In this document: piece after piece, positions 38,346-47,787 of the stretch | How positions within the stretch are numbered: position 1 is the stretch's first letter | How the letters are laid out: every line of letters begins with the position of its first letter | Assembly: GCA_049513715.1 (NCBI GenBank) | Contig: JBEKVV010000001.1 | Coordinates: 416,001 to 480,000 of the forward strand | DNA length: 64,000 bases | From: Candidatus Bathyarchaeia archaeon | GTDB lineage: Archaea > Thermoproteota > Bathyarchaeia > 40CM-2-53-6 | Direction of reading: 5' to 3' | Program-made: the position numbers and the translations under genes | The notes under the pieces: model-generated | Databases searched by the model: none | What the model was told of the DNA's origin: nothing | What the model saw: the letters and a program-made list of their open reading frames with translations, nothing else

Positions 38346-40246
38346 GCAAGCAGCCAGAGTCACTCAAGGTTAAGGTAGGCCTCGAAATCCATCGCCAACT
38401 CGATACTAAGCACAAACTCTTCTGCGCCTGCCCCACCGACTTGGCGGAAACGGATCCCGAGGAGAAGTTCCTTCGAAGGCTAAGACCAACGCAAAGTGAG
38501 CTTGGGCAGGTGGACCAAGCCGCGTTGTTCGAGTTTCACCGTGGAAGAAGCGTGATGTATGAATCAGACCGCCAAACTGCCTGCTTGGTTGAGATGGATG
38601 AGGAACCACCTGCAAGGCTGAACTCTGAGGCGGTTGAAATTTGCTTGTCCGCCGCACTGCTCATGAAGGCCGACCCAGTTGATGAAATTCACGCAATGCG
38701 CAAAATCGTCATCGACGGCTCCAACACAACAGGCTTCCAGCGTACTTGTGTCGTCGCCCTTGACGGTATGTTGAAGGTAGACGGGAAGGATATCCCGATC
38801 CAGCAGATTTCATTGGAAGAAGACGCGGCGCGGAAGACGAGCCAAAACCGCGATCTCATAAGCTACAGAATTGACCGATTAGGCGTCCCATTGATCGAGG
38901 TTACTACTGCCCCTGTTTTGGAGTCGCCTGACGAGGTGGAAAAGGTTGCGCTGGCGATCGGGACGATTCTGAGAGCGACTCGAAAGGTGAAACGGGGTAT
39001 CGGAAGCGTCAGGCAGGACCTTAACGTCTCGATTCCGGAGGGTGCGCTCATAGAGCTCAAGGGAGTCCAGGAGCTTGAGATTCTCAACAAGGCTGTGGAG
39101 TTCGAAATGAGCCGGCAGCAAAAGCTGCTCGAGATAAGAGACGAACTCAAACGAAGAGGAGTGCAGCCCGATGCGATTGAGAGAAAATACGTTGATTTGA
39201 CCGAAGTGTTCAGCAAATCGGAGGCACGGGTTGTACAGGGAGCAGTTACAAAGGGTGGAATTGTGCTCGGCGTGAAACTTCCGAAATTCGGGGGACTGGT
39301 GGGAAAAGAGCTGGCGCCGGGTTTGCGACTGGGAACTGAGATGTCGAGCCACGCCATATTTTGGGCCGGCGTTGGAGGAATTTTCCACTCCGACGAACTA
39401 CCTAGCTACGGGATTACTGAGGAGGAAGTTCAGCGCACCAAGGAACGTTTAGGTATGGGATCACAGGACGCTTTTGTCTTAGTTGCGGACGAGAAAGCCC
39501 GAACCATCGACGCATTGGACGCGGTTGTAGACCGAGCATTAGAGGCGTTGAAGGGTGTCCCTGAGGAGACGAGGACAGCGATGCCAGATGGTACCAGCCG
39601 GTACATGCGGCCAAGGCCGGGTGCCGCTAGGATGTATCCGGAGACTGATGTTCCGCCTGCCCCAGTCAAGGAGGCATTGATTCAGAACCTGAAGGCCAAC
39701 CTCCCCGAAACATCCGAGGCTGCAGCGAAGCGATTGATGGAAAAGTACGCGTTGAACCAGAAACTTGCCAAGCAGTTAATTGATTCTGATTACCTCGAAC
39801 TGTTCGAGCAAATCGCCGCAACCAGCAAGGTGCAGACATCGTTCGTTGCCACAATACTAACGGAGACGTGTAAGAGCCTTCACCGCGAAGGAGTACCCAT
39901 CGGCTCGGTTCCAGATAACAAAGTGCAGGCAATCTTCCGACTGGTGGATGAGGGAGCTGTGACGAAGGAAGCTGTCGCAGAGTTGCTCAAATGGCAAGCA
40001 AAGAACCTGAACGCAGAGTCTAGGCAGGGAGTCAAGGAACTTGGCATGAAAATGCTCAGCGACGAAGAGTTGGAACGAGTTATCGAACGCCACATTGAAA
40101 ACAACATGAAACTGATTCAGGAGAGGGGGCAGGGCGCATTCTCGTCCTTGATGGGATCAGTTATGTCTGAGGTACGCGGCTCCACTGACGCACAGAAGGT
40201 GAACGAGAAGTTGAAACAAAAGCTCGCCCAGGCAGCGAAGAAATAG
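38342..40246 (+). CDS. gatE: Glu-tRNA(Gln) amidotransferase subunit E
   Basis: VGLEIHRQL, LRPTQSELG, IDGSNTTGFQRT, RPRPGAARMYPETD. Start set at ATG 38342, overlapping the gatD stop. Confidence 0.96.
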   Translation: MSKQPESLKVKVGLEIHRQLDTKHKLFCACPTDLAETDPEEKFLRRLRPTQSELGQVDQAALFEFHRGRSVMYESDRQTACLVEMDEEPPARLNSEAVEICLSAALLMKADPVDEIHAMRKIVIDGSNTTGFQRTCVVALDGMLKVDGKDIPIQQISLEEDAARKTSQNRDLISYRIDRLGVPLIEVTTAPVLESPDEVEKVALAIGTILRATRKVKRGIGSVRQDLNVSIPEGALIELKGVQELEILNKAVEFEMSRQQKLLEIRDELKRRGVQPDAIERKYVDLTEVFSKSEARVVQGAVTKGGIVLGVKLPKFGGLVGKELAPGLRLGTEMSSHAIFWAGVGGIFHSDELPSYGITEEEVQRTKERLGMGSQDAFVLVADEKARTIDALDAVVDRALEALKGVPEETRTAMPDGTSRYMRPRPGAARMYPETDVPPAPVKEALIQNLKANLPETSEAAAKRLMEKYALNQKLAKQLIDSDYLELFEQIAATSKVQTSFVATILTETCKSLHREGVPIGSVPDNKVQAIFRLVDEGAVTKEAVAELLKWQAKNLNAESRQGVKELGMKMLSDEELERVIERHIENNMKLIQERGQGAFSSLMGSVMSEVRGSTDAQKVNEKLKQKLAQAAKK

Positions 40247-40256
40247 GTTCTATCGC

Positions 40257-41201
40257 TTATTCTAGGAATTCCACGTCATCAACCAGCCCGTCACTATTGA
40301 CATCCAACCCTGAGACTACCCGGGCTGTGACGTCTTTGTTCATTCCGTTGCCTTCCGCGATTTTGTCGGTGTATTTGATGAAAGCGAGGACTGCGGCTCT
40401 GGTGCCTTGATAGCTGTTGCCCGCGATAATGATTGCGCGGGATTCTTGATTCATAGGGTTGACGATCATTTGGATTGCTCCTTCGTCATCTCCTGAGTAT
40501 GTCTTGCCGGAGACTCTGGACATCATCATGTTGTGGCCAGTTAGCTCGTAGGTGATCGGAAGCCATTCGTTAACCATCATAGTGACTGTGTTCACTCTTG
40601 GGCCACCAACAAGGAGGAGGTTGCGCAGCAGTTCCTGTTGCGAGATCTCGGTGTCCAAACGTACCACGCTCTCCCGTGTTAGCGGGAGAAGCGAGCCGAG
40701 GAAGAGGGCAAGGTCGGTGGCTCTGTCCCCACACCTAGCTCTACTTCGAAAGATGCCATGCGTGTCGGGGCTGCCAAGAACGATGTGCCCGTTTAGGTGG
40801 CCTTGGGAGATGAATGGGTCGAGCAGCTTCGAGGCTGACTCGGTCAATGCTTCTTGCGGTTGATTCTGCACAGCCTTGCTTGGATTACCTGTTCGCGGAA
40901 CTACGGCGACTGCCTTCCGCTCGGCTGTGTAGTATTTCGCCGTGGCGCCTCTTTTCTTCTCTGTCCGTTCGAGCCTAATGAAACCAAACTTCTCCAATTC
41001 CCTTAGGTGGTAGCAGATTACTTGCTCACTGGCATTGAATGCTTCGCACAGATCTTTCGCGCATTTCTCACCCGCGGTAAGTTCGCTGAAAATTCTCCAG
41101 CGCATTGGCTGCAGGACGGACTGCGCGATTTTGGGGTCGTAGAAGATGCGGGCCGGCATTAGCTGGCTGTTGTGTCGTTCCTTCATTACTAGGTATGACA
41201 T
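40257..41201 (-). CDS. ArsR-like HTH transcriptional regulator with C-terminal S-layer-like domain
   Basis: PMRWRIFSEL...EQVICYHLRELEKFGFI...RGATAKYY; C-terminal NLLLVGGPRVN and IIAGNSYQGTRAA. Confidence 0.75.
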   Translation of the reverse strand: MSYLVMKERHNSQLMPARIFYDPKIAQSVLQPMRWRIFSELTAGEKCAKDLCEAFNASEQVICYHLRELEKFGFIRLERTEKKRGATAKYYTAERKAVAVVPRTGNPSKAVQNQPQEALTESASKLLDPFISQGHLNGHIVLGSPDTHGIFRSRARCGDRATDLALFLGSLLPLTRESVVRLDTEISQQELLRNLLLVGGPRVNTVTMMVNEWLPITYELTGHNMMMSRVSGKTYSGDDEGAIQMIVNPMNQESRAIIIAGNSYQGTRAAVLAFIKYTDKIAEGNGMNKDVTARVVSGLDVNSDGLVDDVEFLE

Positions 41202-41572
41202 GGGCTTCTTCGGTTTCTCTATGATTCACGATTAATAAAGCCACTTTTTGACTGGTCGCGCAGTTTAGATCAGTGTATCTCCTTCAACCATTCTTGCGGT
41301 CGTCGAGTTCATGAAGCGAACTTCATTTATGCCGAAGTTAGGTTCGAAATTTGGTGTGATTTTTCTGGGACCTGACAGGTGGGCCGGCTTGCTCGGGATT
41401 GCGGGTTATGATAGCGCTGTTTTTTTACCATTAAACCTGATTTTGCCCATTTTGAGCTCGTTTCCTGGGTAATATCCGATAATCTGGGTCGATTCATCAA
41501 ACGAATCCCGCAGGAATACTTATCACCGGAATTCGAGATGGTCGGCGAATTCTCTCTGGTTGGGTACTTGCT

Positions 41573-43396
41573 GTGTGTGGAATTTCAGCTGCCGTTTTGA
41601 AAACTGGCAACGTTGGTCCAGTGCTCTACGATTCCCTGAAGCGGCTGGAATACCGAGGATACGATTCAGTGGGCGAAGCCACAGTCATAGACGGAAAGAT
41701 TGTTGTCAGGAAGGACAAGGGCAAGATCGATGAGGTTGAAAGAGCGCTCCACATCAGCGGCTTGACAGGCCGAGTTGGGATTGGGCATACACGTTGGGCC
41801 ACACACGGCGCACCGTCACAGGAAAACGCCCACCCACACACAGACTGCAAGGATACTATCGCCGTCGTCCACAACGGGATAATTGAGAATTTCATGCAAC
41901 TCAAGCAAGAGCTGGAGTCGGCTGGCCACCAGTTCAAGTCCAGAACAGACACTGAAGTCGTGGCCCACCTGGTGGAAGAGAATCTGAAACAGGGCAAAGG
42001 ATTCGTTGAGGCGGTTCGGCTTGCGGTTCGGAGATTGAAGGGCGCATATGCCTTGGCGTTCATATGTGCCACGGAACCCGACAAGGTGGTGGGCGTTCGA
42101 AAGGAAAGCCCACTGGTTCTGGGAACAAGCGCGAACGGTAACTTCTGCGCTTCAGACATTCCAGCATTCCTCTCCCGCACCAACCAGGCCATCCTCCTCG
42201 AAGAGGGCGAGATGGCGGTACTGACAGCTGGTAGCGTAAGGATTCTGGAGGTTGAGAGCGGGGAGGAAATATCCCGCAAACCATTCACGGTAGAATGGAG
42301 CGTGGAAACCGCCCTCAAAACGGGCTTTCCACACTTCATGTTGAAAGAGATTACCGAACAACCCCTGAGTGTCCGGAACGCGCTAAGGACGCATCCGATT
42401 TACTTGGATTTGATGGCCTCCGCCCTCAACCGTGCCAAGAAAGTCTTCCTACTAGGCTGCGGCACCTCATACCACGCCTGCCTAGCAGCCGAGTATGTTT
42501 TCTCAAACCTTGCGAAATTTCATGTGACGGCTGTTGTAGCCTCGGAGTTCATGGATGGTTACAGCGCGCTTGTGGATGCGGAAACGGTGGTGCTCGTTGT
42601 GAGTCAATCCGGTGAAACCGCAGATACGCTAAGTGCTGTTCGCGGCGCGAAGGATAGAGGCGCAATGGTTCTTGGGATTAGCAACACTATGGGCTCAACG
42701 CTCACCAGGCTTTCTGATGTATACATTGGCCAAAATTCTGGCCCGGAAATGGGGGTTGCGGCAACCAAGACATTCACCGCTCAGCTGTCTGTCCTCATCA
42801 AAATCGCAGTCGCACTGGCGCACAAGAGAGGCGTTTTGCGAAAAACGGAGCTTGACGAGATCGAAGCCGGATTCCGGCAGCTTCCCAGTTGGATCTCCGC
42901 AGTTCTCTCCACTCAGGAAGGAACGGTCAAGCGAGTTGTTGAGAAATATTCGGACAGGGGGAGTTTCTGTTATCTCGGAAGGGGAATAAGCGTTCCCACC
43001 GCCCTGGAAGGCAGGTTGAAACTCCTGGAGTTGTCGTACTTGCCAGCGATTGCGTATGCGGCCGGCGAATCTAAGCATGGCTTCATCTCCGTGGTAGAGG
43101 AGGGCTATCCCGTAATCTTCGTTGCACCCAAAGACGAATCCTATTCGAAGGTGATTGGTAACGTGATGGAGATGAAGGCCCGAGGAGCTCAAATCATCAG
43201 CATAGTCTCGGAGCAAGACGGTGAGATCTCCGGATTATCAGATGAAACAATCAAAATGCCAACAGGTATTCCATCAATCCTCACGCCGATCGTATACGTT
43301 CTGCCGCTCCAGCTTTTCGCCTACTACATGGCGGTCAGGAAAGGATATGACCCTGACTTCCCACGCAACCTGGCCAAATCAGTGACCGTGCTGTGA
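41573..43396 (+). CDS. glmS: Glutamine--fructose-6-phosphate transaminase
   Basis: (M)CGI, LEYRGYDS, GHTRWATHG, SQSGETADT, VAATKTF, PRNLAKSVTV. Confidence 0.97.
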   Translation: MCGISAAVLKTGNVGPVLYDSLKRLEYRGYDSVGEATVIDGKIVVRKDKGKIDEVERALHISGLTGRVGIGHTRWATHGAPSQENAHPHTDCKDTIAVVHNGIIENFMQLKQELESAGHQFKSRTDTEVVAHLVEENLKQGKGFVEAVRLAVRRLKGAYALAFICATEPDKVVGVRKESPLVLGTSANGNFCASDIPAFLSRTNQAILLEEGEMAVLTAGSVRILEVESGEEISRKPFTVEWSVETALKTGFPHFMLKEITEQPLSVRNALRTHPIYLDLMASALNRAKKVFLLGCGTSYHACLAAEYVFSNLAKFHVTAVVASEFMDGYSALVDAETVVLVVSQSGETADTLSAVRGAKDRGAMVLGISNTMGSTLTRLSDVYIGQNSGPEMGVAATKTFTAQLSVLIKIAVALAHKRGVLRKTELDEIEAGFRQLPSWISAVLSTQEGTVKRVVEKYSDRGSFCYLGRGISVPTALEGRLKLLELSYLPAIAYAAGESKHGFISVVEEGYPVIFVAPKDESYSKVIGNVMEMKARGAQIISIVSEQDGEISGLSDETIKMPTGIPSILTPIVYVLPLQLFAYYMAVRKGYDPDFPRNLAKSVTVL

Positions 43397-43540
43397 TGAT
43401 AGTCTGGGTGCAGGGAACGATGGATACTGCACAGAAATCCTCAACGAGAAAAGAAGCCTACGAAAACTGCGCCAATTCAGCCACCCATGATTGAGTAGGA
43501 ACGCTATTATGGGTAGATGGCTTTGACTCCATGATGACAC

Positions 43541-44227
43541 TTGACGGAATACTCACCATCTCAACGGGCAACCGTCACTTTGACTGGGGCAGCTGTATTT
43601 GCGGCTCTGGCCGCATTACTCACGCTGGCGAAGGCCTCTGTTCCATTCCCGCTGATACCGTACCTTCAGATTGATTTCTCGGAGATTCCGATTCTGATGG
43701 CCTTCTTCCTCTTCGGCCCCGTCGCAGCCACGATTTCAACAGTAATCCAATGGATTTTCCTCAACTTCCAAGGAAGCGATGCTCCACTCGGTCCAGCAAT
43801 CAAGTTCGTTGCGATCATGTCGACACTCGGTGGGTTCTGGTTCGGGAATGTGCTGTATCAACGGTTCAAAGGCAAAACGGCCCGTCCGACTTTGGCCTTG
43901 TCGATGATTCTCAGCAATGCAATAGTGTGGCGAATAGTTGCGATGACTGTCGTAAACTACGTGGTCCTACTCTACATTGCTCCTGTATTCTTCGGGGCTG
44001 ATTACTTGGGGTTTGCCAAGGTTACGCTGGAGAATCTTCCCCTCGGCTTGCACTTGACGAGCATGGCTGACGTGCTTACTTACACGTTGTTGTTCACGGC
44101 GCTTTACAACTTGGTGAACCTACTAATCGCCGCCGTGCCTGCAGAGTTGATTGTGTCACCCATCACAACATCGTTCAAGCACATAACCTCGGTTGAGGCC
44201 TGGCTTGCGAGAAGTCTGAAGTCTTAA
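43541..44227 (+). CDS. ECF transporter S component (RibU/PanT-like)
   Basis: PFPLIPYLQIDFSEIP...FLFGP, about 6 TM helices. Confidence 0.75.
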   Translation: MTEYSPSQRATVTLTGAAVFAALAALLTLAKASVPFPLIPYLQIDFSEIPILMAFFLFGPVAATISTVIQWIFLNFQGSDAPLGPAIKFVAIMSTLGGFWFGNVLYQRFKGKTARPTLALSMILSNAIVWRIVAMTVVNYVVLLYIAPVFFGADYLGFAKVTLENLPLGLHLTSMADVLTYTLLFTALYNLVNLLIAAVPAELIVSPITTSFKHITSVEAWLARSLKS

Positions 44228-44236
44228 ACGGTTCGT

Positions 44237-45493
44237 TTAGACGATGATCATGTTTTCTCGTCTCGGGCCCACGGATACGTAGCGGATTGGAACGTTCACT
44301 AGTTCCTCCACACGTTTCAGGAATGCTTGAGCTTCTCTGGGCAAGTCTTTCCATTTTCGAGCCTCGCTAGTTGACTTCTTCCATCCCTTCCATTCTTCGT
44401 ATACAGGTTTGACTTGACCTAGCTCAACCGTGTCAGGCATGTCTGTGACAGTTTTGCCGCCGATTTGGTAGGCTGTGCAGATCCCTATTCTTTCAAATGA
44501 GTCGAGGACATCGAGTTTAGTGATCGCAATCCCCGTAAATCCATTCAATGAGGCCGCGTATCGAACCACAACTGCATCCAACCAGCCGCAGCGGCGAGGC
44601 CGTTTTGTGGTTGCGCCGTATTCGTCCCCGACTTTTCGGAGTCGTTCTCCGTCCGCGTCAGAGAGTTCGGTTGGGAAGGGGCCACCTCCTACGGATGTGG
44701 TGTAGGCTTTCACGACCCCGGTCACGTCTTTGATCCATTTTGGTGAGATACCTGCTCCATCACACGCACCACCGGCAGTCGGTGAAGAGGCAGTGCTGTA
44801 CGGGTATATACCCCAGTCTAAGTCACGCATCACCCCCAGCTGTCCTTCCAGAAGAATATTCTTGCCTGCTGTGATCGCGTTCTGTATGATTGGGACAGAA
44901 TCAATGATTGATTTGCCAAGCTTTTCTTTCCACACCGCCGCCTCGCGTAGCAGTTCCTCGAGGCTAAGTGGTTTCAAGCCGTAGAATGCCATCTCATGGT
45001 TCTTGAGTGGGAGAACCTTTTCCAGTCTCTGTCGTAGGAATTCCGGATGTAGCAGGTCGCCCATTCTGATGCCTCTGTATGCGGCCTTGTCGCCATAAGC
45101 TGGGCCAATTCCCCGGCGTGTCGTGCCCAAACCGCCTTTTTGTTCACCTGCTCCATCTAGAAGGCGGTGGTATGGCCAAACAATATGTGCCCTCCTGTCG
45201 ATGCGCATATTGTCAGTGTTTACTCGGGCTTCCTGTAACCCCGCTACTTCTTCCAGTAGCGATGAAGGGTCGATTGCCATGCCCGCACCTAGTAGGCACA
45301 TCACATTGGGATAGAAGATTCCTGAAGGAACGAGGTGCAGCTTGAAAGTTCCCAGTTCGTTTACGACAGTGTGTCCAGCGTTGTTTCCGCCCTGGAACCT
45401 GACGACGATGTCGGCTTTGGCCGCGAGATAATCGATAATGCGTCCTTTGCCCTCGTCGCCGAATTGACCGCCGACGACTACAGTGCACGCCAC
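44237..45493 (-). CDS. purA: Adenylosuccinate synthetase
   Basis: GGQFGDEGKG, GGNNAGHT, GTTRRGIGPAY, EYGATTKRPRRCGWLD, TKLDVL. Start set at GTG 45493. Confidence 0.96.
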   Translation of the reverse strand: MACTVVVGGQFGDEGKGRIIDYLAAKADIVVRFQGGNNAGHTVVNELGTFKLHLVPSGIFYPNVMCLLGAGMAIDPSSLLEEVAGLQEARVNTDNMRIDRRAHIVWPYHRLLDGAGEQKGGLGTTRRGIGPAYGDKAAYRGIRMGDLLHPEFLRQRLEKVLPLKNHEMAFYGLKPLSLEELLREAAVWKEKLGKSIIDSVPIIQNAITAGKNILLEGQLGVMRDLDWGIYPYSTASSPTAGGACDGAGISPKWIKDVTGVVKAYTTSVGGGPFPTELSDADGERLRKVGDEYGATTKRPRRCGWLDAVVVRYAASLNGFTGIAITKLDVLDSFERIGICTAYQIGGKTVTDMPDTVELGQVKPVYEEWKGWKKSTSEARKWKDLPREAQAFLKRVEELVNVPIRYVSVGPRRENMIIV

Positions 45494-45627
45494 TAAGGTT
45501 TCCCCCCCGTTGGGGCTGGGTTTGAAATTTAAGCTTTCAGCGCCGGTCGTGAAGTTGGATTTTACGATATCCACATTCGCGGCGGTGGAATCGCACAATT
45601 CAAGCGGGTTCTAAGATTGTTCGTTGG

Positions 45628-45715
45628 TTCGACGGGTGAGAATAGGTTTCAGACTGCCCGTCGAATGCCATCACTGCGCTGGCTGAGAGCGCTCTGAACT
45701 TAAAGGACGCATTAT
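45628..45715. repeat. Copy 1 of a ~85 bp structured non-coding repeat (candidate small RNA gene on the minus strand)
   Basis: TCGACGGG-N20-CCCGTCGA, then TCACTGCGCT-GGCTGAG-AGCGCTCTG-A-ACTTAA-A-GGAC; matches 47009-47091. Confidence 0.8.
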
Positions 45716-45754
45716 CTTCCATGACCACTTTTGCTCAGTTAAGGGACGCAGCTT

Positions 45755-46444
45755 TCACATGAATTCGAGCATGCACGAGCCTCTGTAGATGCTATTGATT
45801 GAGGATGCTAGAACGCTCTTGATCTTGGACACCTCATAACTGGAGAATTTCTGTGATTGCTGCGGGAGAGGAGGAGCTTGCTGCAGCACCGAGAGTACTT
45901 GGCTGTAGATTGCAGCAAGGTCGCTGAAGCTGGCCTTCATTATCATATCAGTCTGTTTCGCTTCAGCTAGCGCTCCCCACTCGGTTAGGAGATGAGCACA
46001 AACAGCAGCATGAATTGCCAGCTGTCCATCTCCTGGCCGTAACTGGTGGTCTCCTCGAATGGGGACAGGGGCGATTGAATCATTCCACCTGCCTCGCAAT
46101 TCCTCTAGCCGGTCGGTCTTAGAATGGAATCTCTTCTCCAGTTCGAGTCTCAGCGCATAGTATTCTGCGAGAAAATCTACTGGGTTTCCGGTCAGTTCGG
46201 GGACTGCTCCGTTGATTCGTGTTTTTGAGGGTGGATACCCTAAGTGAAAGAGAAAAACATGAGCCCCCTCATGAAACAAAATGACCATGTCCAAAGATGG
46301 GTCACCTCTCACCTCAATGTGGACCTGACCATCCACAGGGCGAGGAATCGTGTGGGGAATCTCAGTGGCTTCAACAAACGTTAGGCTAAATTCAGCCTGA
46401 TCTATCTGCCAAATTCGCTTGATTTCCTCGGCAAAGTCTGGCAT
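45755..46444 (-). CDS. Hypothetical protein with HExxH (zincin-like) motif
   Basis: 229-aa ORF with ATG start; ILFHEGAHVFL and downstream FLAEYYAL. Confidence 0.65.
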   Translation of the reverse strand: MPDFAEEIKRIWQIDQAEFSLTFVEATEIPHTIPRPVDGQVHIEVRGDPSLDMVILFHEGAHVFLFHLGYPPSKTRINGAVPELTGNPVDFLAEYYALRLELEKRFHSKTDRLEELRGRWNDSIAPVPIRGDHQLRPGDGQLAIHAAVCAHLLTEWGALAEAKQTDMIMKASFSDLAAIYSQVLSVLQQAPPLPQQSQKFSSYEVSKIKSVLASSINSIYRGSCMLEFM

Positions 46445-47008
46445 GCCACTCGTTTCCTAGCTTGCGACAAATTCCTTCCATTCAGATAAAGGATGGTCAC
46501 ATTCCAACCAACATTGGGACATTATGGGCCTTCCATGTGGAGCACTTCATCAGGCCAATTTCTGAGGCCGTGTGCTCTCAACATCATGAGTTCCCACTCC
46601 GCCCATCGAAGTGACAGTTGATGCAATATTCGAACCACCTGAGAGAGCGTGGCGTCATCTATGTAACCAAACCAACGACGCAAACGCGAATAATGTGAAG
46701 GAACGTACACAAGGACCACCTGAATCTTATGATTCTTGCCATCCGTGAACAAATCGCCAGCGAAATCAGAACGACGTTGGAAAGCCAATCGTACTGATGA
46801 TGAAAGTAAGGCGGGAGATTTCATCTCGACAAGCAGAAGCTCGAGAGACTTTGCAAAGAATTCGCTTCGTTCTTGGTGATTGGCAACATATGAAGAGATA
46901 CTGCTGAACCGTACAGCGTAATCGCGACCAATTCGCATGGCATGCTGTTGAACAAGAAGTTCGATTTAACATAAGGAGGCTGGGAACGAGACGGGCCGCG
47001 GGAGATTG

Positions 47009-47091
47009 TCGACGGGGGATAATGAATCAGTCTGCCCGTCGAAACGTCACTGCGCCGGCTGAGGGCGCTCTGCACTTAATGGACACATCAT
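47009..47091. repeat. Copy 2 of the ~85 bp structured non-coding repeat
   Basis: TCGACGGG-N18-CCCGTCGA, then TCACTGCGCC-GGCTGAG-GGCGCTCTG-C-ACTTAA-T-GGAC. Confidence 0.8.
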
Positions 47092-47229
47092 TTTCGCGTA
47101 CGCAGTCCACTTCCAGACCGTTTGGAGATCTCTATCCATTAAATCTTCGGTAGCGCCTTGTGCCTTGGCATTTGGGTTTTGCTGCTTTGTTTTTCTGGGT
47201 CGTGAACTCTTGCAGTCGAGAGAGAGACT

Positions 47230-47252
47230 TGGTGGGGCCGGTGGGATTTGAA
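47230..47252 (-). mobile_element. att-like site: duplicated tRNA 3' end (T-loop to CCA)
   Basis: Minus strand reads TTCAAAT-CCCAC-CGGCCCC-A-CCA (T-loop, 3' T-stem, 3' acceptor strand, discriminator, CCA) with no tRNA 5' portion. Confidence 0.75.
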
Positions 47253-47301
47253 AGATTCCTCGACTAAGTTGCGTAGAGTAGTTGATGAAGGCGTGACATT
47301 A

Positions 47302-47673
47302 GCGCAATAACGACGATTCGTTGGAGTCAAGAAAAATGAACTCTGTAAGGCTACGAGTACTAATAGTACAAGTAAAAAGTTCGAGTTTGCGCGTAAAAAG
47401 TTCGTCGGCGAACATTGTCATCCTAGGGGAGTCCTACATTCCTTGACGATGCGAGAATGGTGAAACCCACCATTTCTAGGAACTACGGCCGTTTGAAGGC
47501 ATCTTTCACGTCTTTTCGTGTCAGTAGGCAGATTCTCGTGTGTCCTACGTCAAAACGTCAAGAAATCTGGTCGCGTCTCAGTGATGGCATGGACAAAACG
47601 GGCTTCAGCGCACCATTTTGGGCCTGCGTAAAAAGTTCGACTGATGGATAGTGAATTGGGCAGATTTGCGCGC
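47302..47673 (+). repeat. Copy A of a ~370 bp non-coding direct repeat
   Basis: Colinear with 51658-52027. Shared blocks include GCGCAATAACG, AGTCAAGAAAAATGAACT, GTTCGAGTTTGCGCGTAAAA, ATGCGAGAATGGTGAAACCCA, TCTTTTCGTGTCAGTAGGC, GCACCATTTTGGGCCTGCGTAAA and ATTTGCGCGC. Confidence 0.92.
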
Positions 47674-47787
47674 CTTCCACCGAACGGAAAATTTGGAAGG
47701 GTGATCAAGGTCGCTTTCCTCAAGAAGACGGACGGCTCGAAACGATGTCGCTCTCGGCGTCTTGTTTTTGTCTCTTCGCGTTTGGTC

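Noticed and set aside
41202..41572. glmS ribozyme in the 370-bp gap upstream of glmS
   Set aside because: The conserved core (AGCGCC...GACGAGG) is not present. The gap is adequately explained by divergent promoters.
43393..43540. C/D sRNA overlapping the glmS stop, or a riboswitch before the ECF S component
   Set aside because: GTGATGA is present but there is no properly spaced CTGA box. No FMN or TPP consensus; only a 6-bp hairpin (GTGCAG/CTGCAC).
45665..45676. 12-bp match ATGCCATCACTG between the twin element and the reverse strand of long repeat A
   Set aside because: Not conserved in the second copy of either repeat, and a match this short is compatible with chance.
46522..46938. 138-aa minus-strand ORF as a confident gene
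   Set aside because: No recognisable motif and several overlapping short ORFs. It may be a decayed gene, so it is not listed as a feature.
47139..47330. ORF spanning the att-like site as an SSV-type split integrase fragment
   Set aside because: The 63-aa product has no integrase-like features.
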